Positions 7,131 through 10,867 of a DNA stretch of 10,867 nt are shown here, one piece after another. The stretch is taken from IMG/VR virus record IMGVR_UViG_2609459797_000001; one strand, given 5' to 3'. This DNA comes from a virus. Taxonomy: Duplodnaviria > Heunggongvirae > Uroviricota > Caudoviricetes > Autographiviridae. Each line of letters begins with the position of its first letter. Within the stretch, counting starts at the first letter, position 1. The notes under the pieces were generated by a model. It saw only the letters and a list, made by a program, of their open reading frames with translations, ran no database searches and was not told the DNA's origin. The position numbers and the translations under genes were made by a program.

Positions 7131-7561
7131 TAATGGTTATCTCCAACTGGTAACAGGCCAAGCGCCCGGATGTGCTGTATCACTTCTTGATGCACGGGCT
7201 TCGGCAGAAATAAACGGCGGGCAATGGCGGCGTAAACTTCATCAGGTGTCTTGCGCACTGGATGCACTCGACCATTAAAAACCCGCTCAGACAGGCGGAC
7301 AGCTTTCCAGCAACGTGAGCCATCCGGCCTTTTCATGCGGTTCAGCACAGCGGCCAGACACTCCCACGGTTCGCAATCATTCAAAAGGCAATATCGCTCC
7401 AGCGGCGTGGACACCTCGCGAAGGATGGCCTCCCGGTTAAGGGTCTTGCGATGACGTTCGGCCAACCCATCAAATGAATACCCGTTCAGGGCGTAAGCGA
7501 GCTGCGCATTAATCAGGGCGTCAGAACGCCCCGCGCGTTGCTGCACGGTTTCATCAGGCAT
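7130..7561 (-). CDS. Hypothetical phage protein (143 aa)
   Basis: ATG at 7561 with GGAG 8 nt upstream; 43 nt downstream of the helicase stop. Confidence 0.7.
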   Translation of the reverse strand: MPDETVQQRAGRSDALINAQLAYALNGYSFDGLAERHRKTLNREAILREVSTPLERYCLLNDCEPWECLAAVLNRMKRPDGSRCWKAVRLSERVFNGRVHPVRKTPDEVYAAIARRLFLPKPVHQEVIQHIRALGLLPVGDNH

Positions 7562-7604
7562 GTGGATTCTCCAGAGAGGAAATTAAACAGGCGAGCCAGT
7601 TAGC

Positions 7605-9449
7605 TCAGAGGAAGCGGGAGATGTAACCCCAGTTAGCATTGTGGGGCTGGTACAACGCCGCCAAATCATCAGGCGCATCCCCCAGCGCCAACGATGACCA
7701 GAGTATGAAAGCACGGGCAGGTTGACCATCGCGCCCGGCACGGCCAACCATTTGCACCAAATCGGGCAGGTCTTCCGGAACATAAGTGACAATTACGTTA
7801 CGCACGTCAGAAATATCGGCTCCGAGGCCAAAGGCTTTGGTCGCCACCAGAACAGCGCCGGGCGTGCTGGAGAACCACTCTGCGTTGGCGTGCCGCTGAT
7901 CGCGGCTCAGTCGCTCAACGTCAGAATGATAAGGCCGGGCACGGTCTCCCAGTTCGTTGAGATACGCATACAGCATCTTTATGCTGTCCACCATCACCAA
8001 TGTCTTTTCATTCTCCGGCAGCGCATTGACCAGACCAACGGCAGCCCGGCGCGGAGTTACGCATTGCTGAGCAGGAATAAGCTGGATGTTTTCACGGGCA
8101 GCACTGGCGCGGTAGGTGAGGAACTCGCCACGACAGCCAAGCTCTTTCATCAAGCCAGACTCATCACCTTTTCGCAGGGTCGCAGTAAACGCGCACCGCT
8201 GAGCATCCGGGAAGGCATTTTGCAGGGTGTGCTTCATTGCAGGGAAAGCGTCCCGGAACTCCCATTCATCAACGGTGTGCACCTCGTCAATGATAAATCT
8301 GTCCGCACCAGCGGCCATCAGCGCGGCAAGCACCTGACTACCCGGCACCAGATGTTCAGGCGAAACGACTGCGACGCGGAAAGCACCAGCAGCCAACCCC
8401 GCAAGTTGCTGCGCATTACGCCGCTTCGGTAGTTTATCGCCAAATGCCACAGCGTGAACGCCAGCCTCCCTTAACTGCTGTAGCACCTGCTGCTTGATAG
8501 TGTTCGTCGGCACGACAATAACGGTCATACCTTCGCCAGCATCAGACTCAAATTGCAGGGCATAGGTGAATGCAGCCGTCTTTCCGTACCCGGTCGGCAG
8601 TACGGCCAACATATCGCGGTCACGGGCAAACACAGCGGCGGCCACGTCGAGTTGACCGGGTCGCCAGTCATGACCATCTGGCGGCGGTAACGGTACGAAT
8701 GCCGGGCGGTCGCATTGCTCCAGCTCACGGAACCTGTACGGCGCTGTAACCAGCGGCGGGATGGACGGCGGCAGGTCAGCGCCGCCAACGTCACAGTGTT
8801 GGTTCTTCGTGTTGAAATTGTCCTTAGTGGATTTCAGCTCACTGCCCCATAGCTGGTGAAACTCCGGGCTATCCCCGAGGGTGTCAAAGTCAGCGTGGCG
8901 CATCGCCTCCAGCTTGCTCATGCCACGATTGATGCGGCGGATGGTCTTCTCATCACAAATCAGAAACTCGCGACAGGCTTTAAGAAAGGCGTTTTGCCCC
9001 GTGGTCGCTTCCGGGATGGCGTGCTCACGCGGTTTCAATGCGGCATCGTCTACGCGAACACCGGGGAAATCTGGTGGCAGCGGCTCGGCGTACCGGGCAG
9101 GCTTTTTGTTTAGCCACATCACCAGCTCAGCGCGGCGGCAGTGGATTGCATCGCCCGGCTGGATAATCTGGCGCAACCCTGCATCAGCGCGGCGGGCGTG
9201 TGTCTTGCGTCCGATTCCGTTAGCCTCTTTCCATTCTCGGAACGACATAACAGAATCGTCAGCGTTAAAGTAAAACTCTTGTGACTCCGTATTAAACGCA
9301 GCCTGTATGGGTTTACGCTTTACAGGACATTGCTTGTTACGCGATACAACTATCTTATCCGCAACCAGTTGCTGAGCATCCGCAGGCGCAGTGTTCAGCG
9401 GTTCGGCGTCAGCGGCCAGCGCAAGCAGGCGGTTCAATCTCGTGGGCAT
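7605..9449 (-). CDS. SF2 DExH/RecQ-like helicase (614 aa) with a roughly 270-aa non-helicase N-terminal extension
   Basis: Helicase motifs in order: LPTGYGKT (motif I), VVPTNT (Ia), DEVH (II), FTAT (III), VGRAGRDGQ (VI). ATG at 9449 with GGAG 9 nt upstream. Confidence 0.9.
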   Translation of the reverse strand: MPTRLNRLLALAADAEPLNTAPADAQQLVADKIVVSRNKQCPVKRKPIQAAFNTESQEFYFNADDSVMSFREWKEANGIGRKTHARRADAGLRQIIQPGDAIHCRRAELVMWLNKKPARYAEPLPPDFPGVRVDDAALKPREHAIPEATTGQNAFLKACREFLICDEKTIRRINRGMSKLEAMRHADFDTLGDSPEFHQLWGSELKSTKDNFNTKNQHCDVGGADLPPSIPPLVTAPYRFRELEQCDRPAFVPLPPPDGHDWRPGQLDVAAAVFARDRDMLAVLPTGYGKTAAFTYALQFESDAGEGMTVIVVPTNTIKQQVLQQLREAGVHAVAFGDKLPKRRNAQQLAGLAAGAFRVAVVSPEHLVPGSQVLAALMAAGADRFIIDEVHTVDEWEFRDAFPAMKHTLQNAFPDAQRCAFTATLRKGDESGLMKELGCRGEFLTYRASAARENIQLIPAQQCVTPRRAAVGLVNALPENEKTLVMVDSIKMLYAYLNELGDRARPYHSDVERLSRDQRHANAEWFSSTPGAVLVATKAFGLGADISDVRNVIVTYVPEDLPDLVQMVGRAGRDGQPARAFILWSSLALGDAPDDLAALYQPHNANWGYISRFL

Positions 9450-9472
9450 GTTTGAAATCTCCAGTCAAATAA

Positions 9473-9775
9473 TCAAGCAGCTTTCCGCCAGATGTATCGG
9501 CGGTGGACACCTCTCTTTTTGGTCACGCCGTGCAGCTTTCGCCATGCGCGGAAGGTCATAACGGAACCATCGGGATTGTAGTAATACACACGCAGACGTT
9601 TGTGGAATGCTCCCTGTACCGTCTTGTCCGTGACAGCGCAGCGCACGTAATGCGGGATAACAGTTTCACTCCAGACCAGTTGTTGCGGCGTGGCGCTAAT
9701 CGTGCTTAACGCTTCGGCGGCAGCGGTTGCCAGCTCCAGTTGCAGGCGTGAATTCATGTGGCGTAAATCAACCAT
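9473..9775 (-). CDS. Small protein (100 aa) paralogous to the N-terminal ~90 residues of the downstream helicase
   Basis: ATG at 9775 with GGAG about 8 nt upstream. Ungapped alignment to helicase residues ~3-92: QQLV, C-x-V, K, Q-AF, Y-N-D-SVM-FR-W, G, K, RR all in register. Confidence 0.7.
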   Translation of the reverse strand: MVDLRHMNSRLQLELATAAAEALSTISATPQQLVWSETVIPHYVRCAVTDKTVQGAFHKRLRVYYYNPDGSVMTFRAWRKLHGVTKKRGVHRRYIWRKAA

Positions 9776-9818
9776 GATGTAAGCTCCAGAAATTAAGGTG
9801 AGTTTAGAACGGGGCGCA

Positions 9819-9875
9819 GGACGGAAGCGCCGGAAGTGTGGCGGTGGCGGTTGAGGCGGCGTCGGTGTTCCGTCC
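9819..9875. other. GC-rich interrupted hairpin (stem GGACGGAA/TTCCGTCC around a 41-nt GGCGG-repeat loop) in the operon leader
   Basis: Perfect 8-bp inverted repeat at 9819-9826 and 9868-9875, with an inner CGCCG/CGGCG pair and three GGCGG repeats in the loop; lies 45-100 nt upstream of the first start codon of the minus-strand operon. Confidence 0.3.
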
Positions 9876-10123
9876 CTCTTTAGTAGTGATCTTCATCCAG
9901 TGATTTGGATTTAACTCAGGCGCAACAGGCAATGCAGCGGGATAGCGCGAGGGCGGGCTTGTGGTCTCATCTTCCCACAGTAGTAACCCTTATCGGTCGG
10001 TAGCCTTCCCAATATAGTAGCTTTCAAGTCAAGAATTCTATCCGGGGCTTGCCTTCCCTTTGTAGTCACTTTCATCCACGCATACCCCGGACAGCCCTTG
10101 TGGCGTCTGGTGCGACAGGCAAT
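9876..10123. repeat. Iteron-like imperfect direct repeats in the noncoding region upstream of the helicase operon
   Basis: CTCTTTAGTAGTGATCTTCATCCA (9876-9899) versus CCCTTTGTAGTCACTTTCATCCA (10056-10078); GGCGCAACAGGCAAT (9919-9933) versus GGTGCGACAGGCAAT (10109-10123); CTTGTGG twice; CAATATAG twice; TAGTAG-type hexamers four times. Confidence 0.4.
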
Positions 10124-10252
10124 TTCAGGTAGGTGTATTAGGGATGTGAAATTGGTTCTTGGCGTAGCTCTTTCCTACAATATAGACACTTTTAAATTTA
10201 TTAATAAATGCAGTCAGTTAAACGGTTATCTTTATTACCTATAACTTTCACA

Positions 10253-10274
10253 GATCAATAGATTAAAATTGATC
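10253..10274. promoter_or_regulatory. Palindromic operator-like site GATCAAT-N8-ATTGATC containing two GATC (Dam) sites
   Basis: Perfect 7-bp inverted repeat with an 8-bp AT-rich spacer, located just upstream of the promoter-like hexamers. Confidence 0.35.
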
Positions 10275-10287
10275 GGAATTATCAGCT

Positions 10288-10325
10288 TTAAATTTCTTGA
10301 CAGCTATTTGTATAATGGTTTTAAG
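10288..10325 (+). promoter_or_regulatory. Rightward sigma70-like promoter candidate (overlapping alternatives)
   Basis: Perfect TATAAT at 10311-10316 with TTAAAT 17 bp upstream (10288-10293); alternatively perfect TTGACA at 10297-10302 with TTTAAG 17 bp downstream (10320-10325). AT-rich upstream region. Confidence 0.35.
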
Positions 10326-10329
10326 AAGT

Positions 10330-10470
10330 TGTATCGGAGTGAGCGACTGGCAGTGAGCGTAGCGAACGGTAAGCCAGTCGGCGAAGAACGAAGAGTATGA
10401 GATGACTTGTCATCGAATACGATGAGTGATTGAGCGCTACGAACGAAGATACGCTGTATAACAGTTAGAA
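10330..10470 (+). other. Hairpin-rich untranslated segment downstream of the promoter candidate; possible small RNA or leader, interrupted by IS1
   Basis: No ORF longer than a few codons. 8-bp stem CGACTGGC/GCCAGTCG (10344-10351 and 10373-10380); two mutually exclusive hairpins sharing TCATC (GATGA-CTTG-TCATC at 10401-10414 and CATCG-AATA-CGATG at 10411-10424); GAACGAAGA repeated at 10386-10394 and 10441-10449. Confidence 0.2.
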
Positions 10471-10527
10471 CAGTTAACTAGCTGAATATGAATAATACAT
10501 TTAATATTTATCTGGATTAGTATTTTC

Positions 10528-10867
10528 GGTGATGCTGCCAACTTACTGATTTAGTGTATGATGGTGTTTTTGAGGTGCTCCAGTGGCTTCTGTTTCTATC
10601 AGCTGTCCCTCCTGTTCAGCTACTGACGGGGTGGTGCGTAACGGCAAAAGCACCGCCGGACATCAGCGCTATCTCTGCTCTCACTGCCGTAAAACATGGC
10701 AACTGCAGTTCACTTACACCGCTTCTCAACCCGGTACGCACCAGAAAATCATTGATATGGCCATGAATGGCGTTGGATGCCGGGCAACAGCCCGCATTAT
10801 GGGCGTTGGCCTCAACACGATTTTACGTCACTTAAAAAACTCAGGCCGCAGTCGGTAACCTCGCGCA
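10528..10867 (+). mobile_element. IS1 insertion sequence, 5' portion (left terminal repeat and insA); continues beyond the window
   Basis: GGTGATGCTGCCAACTTACTGAT at 10528 onward matches the IS1 end repeat as I remember it; insA starts 55 nt inside, as in IS1. Same orientation as the IS1 fragment at 1-392. Confidence 0.9.
10583..10858 (+). CDS. insA: IS1 InsA (91 aa)
   Basis: Translation [43 protein letters not shown]...LKNSGRSR recognised as IS1 InsA from memory; complete ORF with stop at 10856-10858. Confidence 0.9.

Noticed and set aside
5370-7278. Plus-strand ORFs 5370-5840, 6127-6411, 6324-6773 and 6739-7278
   Set aside because: Antisense to the coupled minus-strand gene run; no independent start signals and low-complexity translations.
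7722-8432. 236-aa plus-strand ORF, with other plus-strand ORFs at 8856-9113 and 8881-9273
   Set aside because: They lie antisense within the helicase gene, which has a full ordered motif set; no RBS was noted, and this is the usual shadow-frame effect in GC-rich coding DNA.
10162-10185. GCTCTTT resembling a boxA (nut-site) element
   Set aside because: No adjacent boxB-type GC hairpin, and it lies upstream of rather than downstream of the candidate rightward promoter.
10297-10316. Perfect TTGACA and perfect TATAAT as one consensus promoter
   Set aside because: The spacer between them is only 8 bp, so they cannot be a single -35/-10 pair; each was instead paired with a weaker hexamer at 17-bp spacing.
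10330-10470. Retron msr/msd assignment
   Set aside because: No reverse transcriptase ORF is present in the window and the flanking a1/a2 repeats are not evident; kept only as one of several possibilities in the findings.
10554-10766. 70-aa ORF in an alternative frame within IS1
   Set aside because: It overlaps insA in another frame inside a recognised IS1 element; the InsA frame is the real one.
1-10867. CRISPR array, tRNA or rRNA genes
   Set aside because: No regularly spaced identical repeats of 25-40 bp, no cloverleaf with a GTTCGAATC-type T-loop, and no rRNA-like sequence seen on either strand.

Overview
The window is a ~10.1 kb segment bracketed by two directly oriented IS1 copies: the 3' end of one (1-392, insB C-terminus) and the 5' end of another (10528-10867, insA). 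Between them are two compositionally different parts. (i) A single plus-strand 358-aa ORF (458-1534) that is visibly AT-richer (about 40-45% GC by hand count) than the rest (about 55-60%), with no recognisable partner gene. (ii) A long, tightly packed minus-strand operon (9775 down to 1589, about 15 genes, most with GGAG-type ribosome-binding sites and several overlapping stop/start junctions) of phage-like content. It encodes a 100-aa protein that is a paralog of the N-terminal domain of the next gene, an SF2 DExH/RecQ-like helicase, several small proteins including HTH proteins, a Q/N/G-rich low-complexity protein, a 331-aa protein whose motif pattern resembles T7-type capsid proteins, an HNH-AP2 homing-endonuclease-like protein and an endonuclease VII-like protein. 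Upstream of the operon lies ~750 bp without ORFs (9776-10527) holding a GC-rich hairpin, iteron-like direct repeats, a GATC-containing palindrome, a rightward promoter-like element and a hairpin-rich untranslated segment cut off by the second IS1. No rRNA, tRNA or CRISPR array was seen. All functional calls come from reading the translations and from remembered family motifs; no database search was run.
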